IMG/VR virus record: IMGVR_UViG_3300002220_003476
Location: 15,495-79,494 of that record
Strand: one strand, 5' to 3'
DNA length: 64,000 bases
Origin: a virus
Taxonomy: Duplodnaviria; Caudoviricetes
Both the position numbers and the translations under genes were made by a program. Below the pieces are notes generated by a model. It made no database searches and had not been told where the DNA came from. It saw only the letters and a list, made by a program, of their open reading frames with translations. Positions 18,263 to 28,285 of this stretch are shown in pieces; the stretch's first letter is position 1; each line of letters begins with the position of its first letter.

Positions 18263-19045
18263 TGTCGCTGTATAATCATTATCGACAAAAATGGACAATC
18301 AACATTTTGGTCTAGACAAGGAAAACAATTTGATACACTTCAAGTGGTAGAAAATTATATTAAGACGCTAGGTATACATTCTTATGTATTAGACTGTGAA
18401 GTATGTCTAGATAATAACGGTGATGACTTTCAAGGTATAATGAAAGAAATTCGTCGTAAAGATCATACGATAAAAAACCCCTCCTGTAAAATATTCGACT
18501 GTCTCACCTTTGAAGAGTTCTCTTCACAAAAAAGCACCACGATTCTATCTGAAAGACTAAAAAGAATCGCACTCCCGGATAATCCAATACTATGTTTTCT
18601 TCTTCAAGAACAATATAAGTCTAAAGAAGTATTAGACAAATGGCTTAAAATAGCGGCCAATAACAATTGGGAAGGCTTGATATTAAGAAAAGATGCTCCG
18701 TATAAAGGTAAGCGTAGTAATGATTTACTGAAGGTAAAAAGTTTTATTGATGCAGAATATGTAGTAAAGGGAATTACTACTGGTCCAATGAGATATGTAG
18801 TTGACAATAAAGAAGTTGAAGAAGAAATGTTAACATCAGTATTAATAAATCATAAAGGATATGAAGTTGGTGTTGGTAGTGGATTTTCTATCGACGAACG
18901 TAAAAAATTCTTTAAAGACCAAAAACAAATTATTGGTAAAACAATATGTGTTCAATATTTCGAAGAAACACACAACCAAGATGGTGGAATATCATTAAGA
19001 TTCCCAACTGTTAAGTTTATATATGAAGGAAAAAGAAATGTATGA
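18152..19045 (+). CDS. lig: split intein C-part fused to ATP-dependent DNA ligase C-terminal fragment
   Basis: YFANGILKHN|CRC, then LDCEV, IFDC, EGLILR, LLKVK, GSGFS...R, SLRFP. Confidence 0.9.
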   Translation: MPNIKIKNIKRINSRTKYELQVKDNENYFANGILKHNCRCIIIIDKNGQSTFWSRQGKQFDTLQVVENYIKTLGIHSYVLDCEVCLDNNGDDFQGIMKEIRRKDHTIKNPSCKIFDCLTFEEFSSQKSTTILSERLKRIALPDNPILCFLLQEQYKSKEVLDKWLKIAANNNWEGLILRKDAPYKGKRSNDLLKVKSFIDAEYVVKGITTGPMRYVVDNKEVEEEMLTSVLINHKGYEVGVGSGFSIDERKKFFKDQKQIIGKTICVQYFEETHNQDGGISLRFPTVKFIYEGKRNV

Positions 19046-19472
19046 ACAAATAGACAAATTTTATTCACGCGAACTAGATAATAGTTTTTTAAATATTAAA
19101 TATAAACATTATATAGATCTTGGTCTGGACACAAATATGTTAGTCTATGATACAGACACCTTATTGTTAACAAGAAATTTACTTTCATTAATGATAAAAA
19201 CTGCAAACGAATCTAAAAAAGATTTTGATTCTTTTTTTATTCAAAAAGAAGACTTTGAACATTTTTATAGAGTACACGTTGGAAGTGTTATTGATTCAAC
19301 AAAAAATCAATGTTCTATTTTCGGCAAAACGATTAAAACAATAACAGAAGAAGATTTACAAGATATTATAAAATATTTTACTAATCAAGGTGGTTTTTTT
19401 CTAACTGATTGTGATAGACTCCTATTAGGAGTAGACAAAGATTATGTTTTAATTGGAACTTATAAAAAATAA
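19038..19472 (+). CDS. hypothetical protein
   Basis: ORF. Confidence 0.55.
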   Translation: MYEQIDKFYSRELDNSFLNIKYKHYIDLGLDTNMLVYDTDTLLLTRNLLSLMIKTANESKKDFDSFFIQKEDFEHFYRVHVGSVIDSTKNQCSIFGKTIKTITEEDLQDIIKYFTNQGGFFLTDCDRLLLGVDKDYVLIGTYKK

Positions 19473-19481
19473 CTTGGATAT

Positions 19482-20162
19482 ATGAAACTATTAACTAAAT
19501 CATTTAAGACTGAAAAAAGCGATAATGCTAATTTAGGTTATCTACAATGTATACAATATTTAGCTCCACACAAGTTAAGTGGACATAACCTCTGCCCCAA
19601 TGCAAGTCAAGGGTGTATTGACTCCTGTCTAAATACTTCAGGAAGAGGTCAGATGAATTCAGTACAGAAAGCAAGATTAAACCGCACGCTTTTCTTCTTT
19701 CAAGACAGAATAAAATACAAAGAACAATTATTACAAGAAGTTCTCTCCTTTAAGAAGAAATGTATCAAACAAAATAAAAAGGCTGCAATTCGATTAAATG
19801 GAACATCTGATCTAGACTGGCAGCGTTTATATCCTGAATTATTTGAAATCGATGATATTCAATGGTTCGATTATACAAAATCAAAATTGAGATATGAAAA
19901 ATTTTTAGATGGACAACTACAAGAAAATTATCATTTAACATTTTCTTATGGTAAACCAGAAGATGAAGAATTTTGTGTACAAGTTTTGCGTAATGGTGGT
20001 AATGTTGCAGTAGTATTTCATAACAAAGCAAATAAATGGAAAAGATTTCAGTGTATTGATGGTGATGCTCACGATCTTAGATTTTTAGATAGTCGAGGAA
20101 AAGTGGTAGCATTACAAGCTAAAGGAAAAGCAAAACGTGATAATACAGGTTTTGTAGTTTAG
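19482..20162 (+). CDS. GP88-like phage protein
   Basis: NLCPNASQGCIDSCL, RLNGTSD, FDYTK, NYHLTFS, DGDAHDLRFLD, KGKAK.D.TGFV. Confidence 0.75.
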   Translation: MKLLTKSFKTEKSDNANLGYLQCIQYLAPHKLSGHNLCPNASQGCIDSCLNTSGRGQMNSVQKARLNRTLFFFQDRIKYKEQLLQEVLSFKKKCIKQNKKAAIRLNGTSDLDWQRLYPELFEIDDIQWFDYTKSKLRYEKFLDGQLQENYHLTFSYGKPEDEEFCVQVLRNGGNVAVVFHNKANKWKRFQCIDGDAHDLRFLDSRGKVVALQAKGKAKRDNTGFVV

Positions 20163-20199
20163 GTGTATCAAAATTTTTAAATAAAGGTATATTAGAAGC

Positions 20200-20787
20200 A
20201 TGAGACCTTCAAAAGATGAATATTTTTTACAAATAGCAAAAATAGTATCAATACGCAGCCACGATATTACTAAGCATGGCTGCGTAATTGTTTTAGATGA
20301 CAAAATAATAGCAACAGGTTATAACGGGTTTCCTAAAAACTTACAAGACGATAAGTTACCATTAACTAGACCAGAAAAATATAAATTCATCATTCATAGT
20401 GAAATAAACGCTATTTATAATTCTACACAACCACTAATAGGTGCAACAGCATACGTTACAGGAGAGTGTTGTTTTAACTGCTTTATGTCTTTGTATCAAG
20501 CTGGTATAGAAAGAATTGTATGTTTAAATAAACATGGATCACATATCATTTCTAATGAAGACAGAGAGCACAAACAAATGTTAATAGATGCTGGTCTAAA
20601 ATTAGATGTTGTAGAAGATACATATATTTTAAAACAAAGTCTTTCAGAAGGCAAAAATATTGAATTTACGATTTCAAATCGCGATATACTTATGCAGATC
20701 GCTACCGAAGTATCAAAATCTTTGAAGGCAAAGGGTGTAGCTACTTCTGGTTTAGCAACAGGTGGAACAATTAATATAGTATTTTAA
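20200..20787 (+). CDS. dCMP deaminase
   Basis: GCVIV...IATGYNG, HSEINAI, CCFNC. Confidence 0.9.
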   Translation: MRPSKDEYFLQIAKIVSIRSHDITKHGCVIVLDDKIIATGYNGFPKNLQDDKLPLTRPEKYKFIIHSEINAIYNSTQPLIGATAYVTGECCFNCFMSLYQAGIERIVCLNKHGSHIISNEDREHKQMLIDAGLKLDVVEDTYILKQSLSEGKNIEFTISNRDILMQIATEVSKSLKAKGVATSGLATGGTINIVF

Positions 20788-23700
20788 ATGTATAAATATA
20801 ATGAAGTTTATGAGGAAAGTCTTAAATATTTTAATGGTAATGATTTAGCATCAAAAGTTTTTGTTGATAAATATGCTTTAAGAGATAATAATGATAATTT
20901 TCATGAATTAACTCCAGACGATATGCATCGTAGACTGGCGAAAGAATTTGCCAGAATCGAAAAAAATAAATTCTTAGAACCAATGAGTGAAGATGATATT
21001 TATGAATTATTTAAGGATTTCAAATATCTTGTTCCACAAGGTTCTCCTATGTTTGGTATTGGTAATCAATATTCAATAGTTTCACTTGGGAACTGTTTTG
21101 TGTTACCGAATCCTACAGATTCATACCTAGGTATCATGAATACCGATACTCAAATTGTATCAATTTCATCAAAACGTGGTGGTGTTGGTTGGGATATTTC
21201 AAACTTAAGACCGGCAGGACTAAGCGTTAATAATGCAGCAAAATCAACAACTGGAGCAGTATCATTTATGCATAGATTCTCTAATTCTATTAGAGAAGCA
21301 TGTCAATGTATCGCTAGTGGAGAAAGAGTTCTTATTAAAACTGGATTATCAAAAATAGAAGATGTTAATATTGAAGATCAAATCTGGACCCATAAAGGTT
21401 GGAAATCGGTAATAAATAAATTTGAGAACGGACAAAAAACTGTTTATAAAATTTTAACTAAAAGAGGGTTTTCAATTAGATGTTCAGAAGATCATGAATT
21501 CTATAATGAAGATCTAGAATTAATACCAGTAAAAGATTTTGAATGCGGACAAAATATTGTTACATTAACCGGATCTACTACAACTAAAAGGTTAATTAAA
21601 TTAAATACCGATGTTAAATACGAAAAAAAAAGTTCTAATAAATCTTCAAGACTTAATACAAATATCAAATATCCAGAATATCTAAATAAAGATTTAGCTT
21701 ACTTATTAGGATTCTCTTATGGAGACGGATTCTATAACATAGATAAATTTTCAGAAAAATATGGATTAGGTCTATCTTGTGGTAATGATTATCCAGAAAT
21801 AAAAACTAAACTAATAAATATTATAAAAAGTCAATTTAATTTTAATGCAACCATAAAGAACGGTGATGGTAATCTAGAAGTTATTTCTATCTATAGTAAG
21901 TTAATATGTAAATTTTTAGAAGTTAATAATTTAACTAAAGAAAAATCTCTTAATATTAAGTTTCCTCAAAAAATATTTGAATCACAATCTGAAGTACAAC
22001 TAGCATTTATTTCTGGTTATTTAGACGCAGATGGATGTACATCTAACACTATTAAAAGTGGAATTAATTTTAACTCTATAAATAAAAAATTTTTAGAAGA
22101 TTGTCAATTTATTTTAATGAGCAATGGTATTAACTCAACATTAAGAGATAATACATGTCAATCTAGACCTAATCACTGGAATAATATTTATAGATTATCA
22201 ATTAATGGAGGATATGCACAAAGATTAAGTTTAGAACTTTTAAAAGATAGTATTAAAATTAGTAAAATAGAACAAATATCAGGAAAAGATTTTACTAAAA
22301 CGCCTTATACTGCTAAAAATTTAAATATTAAAAGAGGTAATCTTTCATATCCGGGTGATAATTTTATATCTTGTAATGTATTAGAATTATTAAAAAATGA
22401 TAATATAATAGATAAAAATCTACAACCTTTAGTTTTAGATGAGATAATTTCTATTGAAAACGATGGAATAGAATATACGTATGATCTAACAGTTGAAGAC
22501 ACTCACATGTTTTGGTGTGAAGGATTTTACACAAAAAATTCTGGTAGAAGAGGTGCTAGTCTCCAATCAATATCTGTTCACCATCCGGAAATACTAGAAT
22601 TTATTAAAGTAAAACAAGATCTTACTAAAATAACTGGTTCTAATATCTCTGTTCAGTTTACTGATGAATTTATGAATGCTTTAGTTAATGAACAAACATA
22701 TGAACAAAGATGGCCAATCGATTCTAACAATCCAAAAATTCAAGAATATGTTAATTCTAAAAATATATGGAAGGAATTTATTCATTCAGCTTGGTTGATG
22801 GCTGAACCCGGTTGTATGTTTATTGATAAAGTTCATAAAGAAAGTACAGGAGTACCATATGGCTATAGGGAAAGTTCAAGTAATCCATGCGGCGAACAAT
22901 ATTTACCCCCTTTTGCTTCTTGTCGTCTATTAGTAATTAATTTATATTCTTATATTAAAAATAAATTTACAGATAATTCTGAATTTGATTGGGGTTTATT
23001 TGATAAACATGTACAAATACTTCAAAGACTTGGTGACAATTTAGTTGATCTAGAAATTGAAGCAATAGATCGTATAATTTATAAGATGGAATCTGATCCA
23101 GAATCAGAAGAGATTAAAAAACCTGGATTAGATTTATGGAAAAATGTACGCAAAACAGCCTTAGAAGATCGTAGAACAGGTTGTGGATTTACTGGTTTAG
23201 CTGATTGTTTAGCAGCATTAAATATCCAATATGGATCACAAGAATCAATTCATTTTTGTGAAAAAATGCAACAACAATTTAAGTGGTCTGCATATGAATC
23301 ATCTGTAGATATGGCTAAAGAATTAGGACCTTTTCCTTTATATGATAAAAATTTAGATATCAAATCTGAATTTATACAACGTATACAGAAAGATAATTCT
23401 GAATTATACAAAAAAATGATAAAATATGGCCGTAGAAATATGGTTTTATTAACTGTTGCTCCGACTGGTAGCGTTTCTTGTTTAACTAGAACGTCTTCTG
23501 GACTAGAACCTGTTTTTATGACTCATTATATGAGAAGAAAAAAGGGTAACCCTGGAGATAAAGATTTTAGATCTGATTTTGTTGATAACAACGGTGATCA
23601 TTGGATGCATTTTGATGTATATCATCAAGGCGTATTAGACTGGATGGATTGTACTGGAGAAAAAGATATTGCAGCAAGTCCATATTTTATGGCAACAGCG

Positions 23701-24411
23701 AATGAGATAAATTGGATCAATAGAGTTAAAATGCAAGCAGCTTTACAGAGACATATAGATAACTCTATTTCTAGTACCGTAAACCTTCCTTCAGATACAA
23801 CTGAAGAAAAAGTTGGAGAAATTTATTTAACAGCTTGGAAAGAAGGTTTAAAAGGTATAACAGTATATAGAGACGGTTGTAGAACTGGAGTTTTAATAAA
23901 TAAAACAGAAGAAAAACAACCAGAAAGTAGACCAGATATTTTAGAGTGCGATGTTCATAAAATACCAAGTAAAGATGGTATATATTTTGTACTTGTAGGC
24001 TTATTAAATGGTAAGCCGTACGAGATATTCGGCGGCAAAGGTGTTGATTTAGACTCTTCTGTTCATAAAGGAAAAATTATTAAAGTAAAAAGACCAAAGG
24101 GTTATAAAGCTATATTAGAAGATGAAACAGAATTAAGTCCACTGTCCGCTTTCTGCTCCACTGAAGAAGAAGCTTTAATGAGAATGGCTTCAATAGCTAT
24201 ACGTAGTTGTACTCCAATAGAAAATATAGTTGATCAACTTACTAAAGCTAAAGGTGATATGTATACATTTGCTCGGGCTGTAGCTAAAGCTTTAAAGAAA
24301 TATATTAAAGATGGAACAAAATCAACACAAAAATGTACATGTGGAGCAAATTTAGTATATTCTGAAGGTTGTGTTTCTTGTCTTAGTTGTGGAGCATCAA
24401 AATGCGGATAA
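20788..24411 (+). CDS. nrdJ: class II (adenosylcobalamin) ribonucleotide reductase with cis-intein
   Basis: PQGSPMFGIG, SLGNCFV, RGGVG, GRRGA, SNPCGEQ, APTGS, C-terminal Zn-ribbon; no beta subunit adjacent. Confidence 0.9.
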   Translation: MYKYNEVYEESLKYFNGNDLASKVFVDKYALRDNNDNFHELTPDDMHRRLAKEFARIEKNKFLEPMSEDDIYELFKDFKYLVPQGSPMFGIGNQYSIVSLGNCFVLPNPTDSYLGIMNTDTQIVSISSKRGGVGWDISNLRPAGLSVNNAAKSTTGAVSFMHRFSNSIREACQCIASGERVLIKTGLSKIEDVNIEDQIWTHKGWKSVINKFENGQKTVYKILTKRGFSIRCSEDHEFYNEDLELIPVKDFECGQNIVTLTGSTTTKRLIKLNTDVKYEKKSSNKSSRLNTNIKYPEYLNKDLAYLLGFSYGDGFYNIDKFSEKYGLGLSCGNDYPEIKTKLINIIKSQFNFNATIKNGDGNLEVISIYSKLICKFLEVNNLTKEKSLNIKFPQKIFESQSEVQLAFISGYLDADGCTSNTIKSGINFNSINKKFLEDCQFILMSNGINSTLRDNTCQSRPNHWNNIYRLSINGGYAQRLSLELLKDSIKISKIEQISGKDFTKTPYTAKNLNIKRGNLSYPGDNFISCNVLELLKNDNIIDKNLQPLVLDEIISIENDGIEYTYDLTVEDTHMFWCEGFYTKNSGRRGASLQSISVHHPEILEFIKVKQDLTKITGSNISVQFTDEFMNALVNEQTYEQRWPIDSNNPKIQEYVNSKNIWKEFIHSAWLMAEPGCMFIDKVHKESTGVPYGYRESSSNPCGEQYLPPFASCRLLVINLYSYIKNKFTDNSEFDWGLFDKHVQILQRLGDNLVDLEIEAIDRIIYKMESDPESEEIKKPGLDLWKNVRKTALEDRRTGCGFTGLADCLAALNIQYGSQESIHFCEKMQQQFKWSAYESSVDMAKELGPFPLYDKNLDIKSEFIQRIQKDNSELYKKMIKYGRRNMVLLTVAPTGSVSCLTRTSSGLEPVFMTHYMRRKKGNPGDKDFRSDFVDNNGDHWMHFDVYHQGVLDWMDCTGEKDIAASPYFMATANEINWINRVKMQAALQRHIDNSISSTVNLPSDTTEEKVGEIYLTAWKEGLKGITVYRDGCRTGVLINKTEEKQPESRPDILECDVHKIPSKDGIYFVLVGLLNGKPYEIFGGKGVDLDSSVHKGKIIKVKRPKGYKAILEDETELSPLSAFCSTEEEALMRMASIAIRSCTPIENIVDQLTKAKGDMYTFARAVAKALKKYIKDGTKSTQKCTCGANLVYSEGCVSCLSCGASKCG
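21307..22539 (+). mobile_element. LAGLIDADG intein in RNR (411 aa)
   Basis: Q|CIASGERV ... LLGFSYGDG, ISGYLDADG ... YDLTVEDTHMFWCEGFYTKN|SGRRGA. Confidence 0.92.
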
Positions 24412-24698
24412 AATATAAAACTTGGACACCATTAATTTTAGTACTAACAATTACAGGACTATGGTTATATGATCTTTTCCCTTTCATGAATGATCCATGT
24501 TATACAATAAGTGGTGTTTTAAATTCATATTTTTACTACACAGCACATCCACTAATGACATTTTTAGTTGGCTTTGCTTTTGGTATTATATTAAACCATC
24601 TATTAGGATGGGGATCAATTGATCCGAAACAATTAAAACAAATGTTAACCAAGGCTAATGAAGAAGGAAAAATACAGGATATAATAAATAAACTATGA
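24402..24698 (+). CDS. hypothetical membrane protein
   Basis: two hydrophobic segments. Confidence 0.6.
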   Translation: MRIKYKTWTPLILVLTITGLWLYDLFPFMNDPCYTISGVLNSYFYYTAHPLMTFLVGFAFGIILNHLLGWGSIDPKQLKQMLTKANEEGKIQDIINKL

Positions 24699-25636
24699 AC
24701 AAAGCAATCATTCAATCTTATAATTCTTCTATGTCTGAAGTTTCAGCACTTACTCTTGAAAATCACCAAAGGTATGCTAAGTTGTATAACTGGGATTTTA
24801 TAAGATATTATTCGGAAGATCCAGATTATAACATGCATACCAAGTTCAATGACATTGTTAGACTTGGAAAAGAATATGATCTAGTATGGGGCTTGGACAT
24901 AGATGTAGTTATTAGAGACTATAGTATAGACCTGTTAGACTTGATTGATGAAAATTATGCATTAAATATATGTTCCTCTCATCCATTTCCGACGATGAGA
25001 CAGCAAGTAAATGCCGGTTCATTTGTTTATAATAAGCAGTGTAATTGGGATTATGTCAGAAAATACCCCGCCCCTAATGACCAAGGATCATTTTGGCAAG
25101 CTTTAGAGAAAGAAGACGACTTTTATAATAATACTAGAGTTCATCAATATGATAAGTTCAACCATGATGGAGATTTTTTGAAACACTTCTGCTATGATTG
25201 CAATAAATCTGAAGAGATTAAGAAAGAACTAGAAATTAATAATGCCCGCTCCTTTTTCTCTTCAATAGTAAAAAATAAACAACGGTATGCATGGTTGTAT
25301 GATACTATAAAAGCAGATTCTGTATTGGAAGTTGGTTCAAACCCAATGTCTCTTAAAAAATTAAAGTTGTTTTTTGGAGAAAATGTAGAAGGCCTTGATT
25401 TATACCAAGATGTGTGTATACGAGGTTGTGCAAGTTCTATTAAATTAGATAAAAAATATGATCTTATTATAGATGATTGCTTCAAAGATGAAAGACAAAT
25501 TATAACATACCTTAATTTATCTAGAAATTGTAATCAATATATAGTAGAAGGTTTATCTTTTAAAGATTGTTTTGATTTCTTTAAAGAAGAAGGTTTTTTA
25601 ATTAAAGGTGATATAGGATATAAATATGTTGGTTAA
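24695..25636 (+). CDS. GT-A glycosyltransferase (GT34-like) fused to methyltransferase-like domain
   Basis: WGLDIDVVI, NAGSF, DQGSF; C-half VLEVGS...GLDL...YDLIIDD. Confidence 0.6.
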   Translation: MNKAIIQSYNSSMSEVSALTLENHQRYAKLYNWDFIRYYSEDPDYNMHTKFNDIVRLGKEYDLVWGLDIDVVIRDYSIDLLDLIDENYALNICSSHPFPTMRQQVNAGSFVYNKQCNWDYVRKYPAPNDQGSFWQALEKEDDFYNNTRVHQYDKFNHDGDFLKHFCYDCNKSEEIKKELEINNARSFFSSIVKNKQRYAWLYDTIKADSVLEVGSNPMSLKKLKLFFGENVEGLDLYQDVCIRGCASSIKLDKKYDLIIDDCFKDERQIITYLNLSRNCNQYIVEGLSFKDCFDFFKEEGFLIKGDIGYKYVG

Positions 25637-26039
25637 AGCTTTAACAGATACAGCAACAATACCATTTAGAGCAAATGACGGAGATGCTGGATATGATCTA
25701 TTTGCAGATGATAATTATCAGATTCCACCGGGTGAAATTCAAAAAATTACCACTGGAATAGCTTTTAAAATCCCAGATGGGTATGTTGGAGTAATAAAAG
25801 ATAGGAGTTCATATGGATCAAAAGGTTTAAATATAGTAGCAGGAGTAATAGATCAAACTTATACCGGTGAATGTATAGTATGTCTACAAAATAATACAGA
25901 CTCTTATGTAAATATAAATACTGGGGATAAAATAGCACAAATGATAGTTCTACCATGTTATCAAAAAAACTTGATTGAGGTAGGAGAACTACCAACAACT
26001 AATCGTGGAGATAAAGGCTTTGGAAGCAGTGGTCTATGA
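25626..26039 (+). CDS. dut: trimeric dUTPase
   Basis: DAGYDL, DRSS, GVIDQTYTG, IAQM, RGDKGFGSSG. Confidence 0.95.
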   Translation: MLVKALTDTATIPFRANDGDAGYDLFADDNYQIPPGEIQKITTGIAFKIPDGYVGVIKDRSSYGSKGLNIVAGVIDQTYTGECIVCLQNNTDSYVNINTGDKIAQMIVLPCYQKNLIEVGELPTTNRGDKGFGSSGL

Positions 26040-26716
26040 GAAGAAGAAAAAACACAAAACAAAATAGTCAAATGAATTATAGTTTTCCTATTGAAACATT
26101 AAAAGTAAATTTTAAACCTAAAACAATCAATCAAAGTAAATATTTAAAATGTATTGACGAAAATACAATAACACTATGTCATGGTTGTCCAGGAACAGGA
26201 AAATCCTTTTTAGCTACAGCTTCTGCTTTATTTTATTTGAAACATAAAAAAGTTGATAAGATCTTATTTACAAGACCTATGGTCCAATGTGGAAAAGGTT
26301 TAGGCTTTTTAAAAGGTGATCTTAATGAAAAATTTATGCCTTACGTTAAACCTGTTATGGATGAGATGATTAATTTAGTTGGTAATAATACAGCACATTT
26401 TCTCATTCAAGAAGGTTATGTGGAAATAGCTCCTTTAGAATTAATGAGAGGAATGAATTATCACAATACTTTCATGATTCTTGATGAGTGTCAGAATACT
26501 GATATTGGTCAAATGAAAATGTTTCTTACTCGTATTGGACAAAATTCAAAATGTGTATTAACGGGGGATACAAATCAAACAGATCTTATATCTTGTGATT
26601 ATTTGAAAGTAATTCAAAAACTTAATGGCGTTGAAGATATAGATCATTGTGAATTATTTGAAGATGATATCATTAGAAATAAATTAATCAAAGATATTAT
26701 CTTGAGGTTACCATAA
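26036..26716 (+). CDS. phoH: PhoH family ATPase
   Basis: GCPGTGKS, TRPMV, LGFLKG, MRG, ILDECQN, LTRIG, GD..QTD. Confidence 0.95.
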   Translation: MRRRKNTKQNSQMNYSFPIETLKVNFKPKTINQSKYLKCIDENTITLCHGCPGTGKSFLATASALFYLKHKKVDKILFTRPMVQCGKGLGFLKGDLNEKFMPYVKPVMDEMINLVGNNTAHFLIQEGYVEIAPLELMRGMNYHNTFMILDECQNTDIGQMKMFLTRIGQNSKCVLTGDTNQTDLISCDYLKVIQKLNGVEDIDHCELFEDDIIRNKLIKDIILRLP

Positions 26717-27120
26717 TGCCTATATATGTATATCACTGCAAAGAATGTAATTGCGAGTTCGAACTATTTCAGTCTATTAAAGCAGAACCAATAACTGAAT
26801 GTGAATTGGGGCACTCAGTGTATAGAGTAATTCAACCAGTGTTAGGTTTTGTAGACCAAGGTATAACTACTGTTGGAAGACTAGCTGAAGTAAATACAAA
26901 AAAAATGGGTGAATCCGCCTTACTTAAACAAGAGCAACTTAAAAAAGAACAAAACGAATCTCGCGAAAAAGGCAGACAACTTCTAGAAGCAAAAACTGGC
27001 AAAAAGATATTAAGACCATCAGAATCTTCAGATATTCCAGATTTACCAAGTCATATCAAAACTGCTTTAAAATCAGGAGACTCAAAAAGAGTGGAGAAAT
27101 ATTTATATGAAGGCACATAA
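26716..27120 (+). CDS. FmdB-family zinc-ribbon protein
   Basis: MPIYVYHCKECNCEFELFQSI...C. Confidence 0.75.
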   Translation: MPIYVYHCKECNCEFELFQSIKAEPITECELGHSVYRVIQPVLGFVDQGITTVGRLAEVNTKKMGESALLKQEQLKKEQNESREKGRQLLEAKTGKKILRPSESSDIPDLPSHIKTALKSGDSKRVEKYLYEGT

Positions 27121-27307
27121 AGCTGTGATGCTAATAAATTTAGAAGTTCACGAAATAGATAATGGTGAATGTTCTGGAAAGATTGTGTCAAAAGAGGATC
27201 TAGAAAATAATCATCTAAAATCTAAAATGATATTAACTATTGAAGGTTTTGATAAAAATGATTGCTTAACTAAAGTTTATAGGAGATTAAATGGAATTGT
27301 GGAATAA
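27107..27307 (+). CDS. hypothetical protein
   Basis: ORF. Confidence 0.55.
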   Translation: MKAHKAVMLINLEVHEIDNGECSGKIVSKEDLENNHLKSKMILTIEGFDKNDCLTKVYRRLNGIVE

Positions 27308-27536
27308 CGTAGGCTCAACTACAGATAATGAAAAAGATGCATGGTGTAAAAAAAGTGGAAACGCTTATTATGTTAGAATGTATAATAAAAGAATGGTTAG
27401 TCCACATGTTGTTATACCAAAATCCAACTTAAAATGGGAAAAGGTTAATTCACAAACATATTACACATATCTTAGGTATCTAAGAACATCAAACGAAAGA
27501 CATTTAAATAACGCTAACAGGAAAATGGAACAATGA
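27291..27536 (+). CDS. hypothetical protein
   Basis: ORF with GGAG RBS-like motif. Confidence 0.55.
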   Translation: MELWNNVGSTTDNEKDAWCKKSGNAYYVRMYNKRMVSPHVVIPKSNLKWEKVNSQTYYTYLRYLRTSNERHLNNANRKMEQ

Positions 27537-27835
27537 AAAAGGGTAGATTAAGTAAAGAAGAAAAAGAATATATTATTTCTAATAGACGACAACCAATAGA
27601 ACAGCTTGCTAAAACACTAGATAGATCAGTTGAATCAATTAATTCTGTGTTAAATGGATTAAGTACAGTTACAAAAACAATTGATGAAAAAAAGAAAAAT
27701 ACATTACTAGATTTAATGCCTAAGAAAAAGGGCGCAATAGCTATGTCTGAAGCTATGTCTCATCATACAGATGATATTAAACCAAAGAAACGCTTTGATC
27801 CAAGTATTATTTTTAAACCACTAGGTGATAAATAA
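27533..27835 (+). CDS. hypothetical protein with N-terminal HTH-like segment
   Basis: LSKEEKEYI...IEQLAKTLDRSVESI. Confidence 0.55.
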   Translation: MKKGRLSKEEKEYIISNRRQPIEQLAKTLDRSVESINSVLNGLSTVTKTIDEKKKNTLLDLMPKKKGAIAMSEAMSHHTDDIKPKKRFDPSIIFKPLGDK

Positions 27836-27838
27836 CTA

Positions 27839-28285
27839 ATGAGAAATTCTGTCGACGATGATTATATTGAAAGTAATACTTTGTGGATAGCATTTTTATC
27901 AAACGGTGAAATTGTTTACCAAGATGATAAATGTGTAGACAATGAAGATAGTTTTACTCCATTAAAAATATACTGTGAACAAAATAATCTATTTATCGAT
28001 AAATTTCAAATCAGATTTAGATCTCATATAGAAACAGTATTTGAAAACAATGATGAATGTCAAGGCTTCTTTTTTAGAAAATCTATAATGGCCCCCTTTT
28101 CTTCTGATAAAAATTTTCACAGATATATTATCGGAAAAGTAATAGATAATATAATTTATACAGAAAAATGGTCTACGCCAGAAATAATAATGGTAGAACA
28201 AGAAATTAGATCGATTACTGAATCTATGACAGAAAGATCAATAATATGGAAGCCAAGTACACAAATAAAGCAGGATCCAAAGTAA
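27839..28285 (+). CDS. hypothetical protein
   Basis: ORF. Confidence 0.6.
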   Translation: MRNSVDDDYIESNTLWIAFLSNGEIVYQDDKCVDNEDSFTPLKIYCEQNNLFIDKFQIRFRSHIETVFENNDECQGFFFRKSIMAPFSSDKNFHRYIIGKVIDNIIYTEKWSTPEIIMVEQEIRSITESMTERSIIWKPSTQIKQDPK

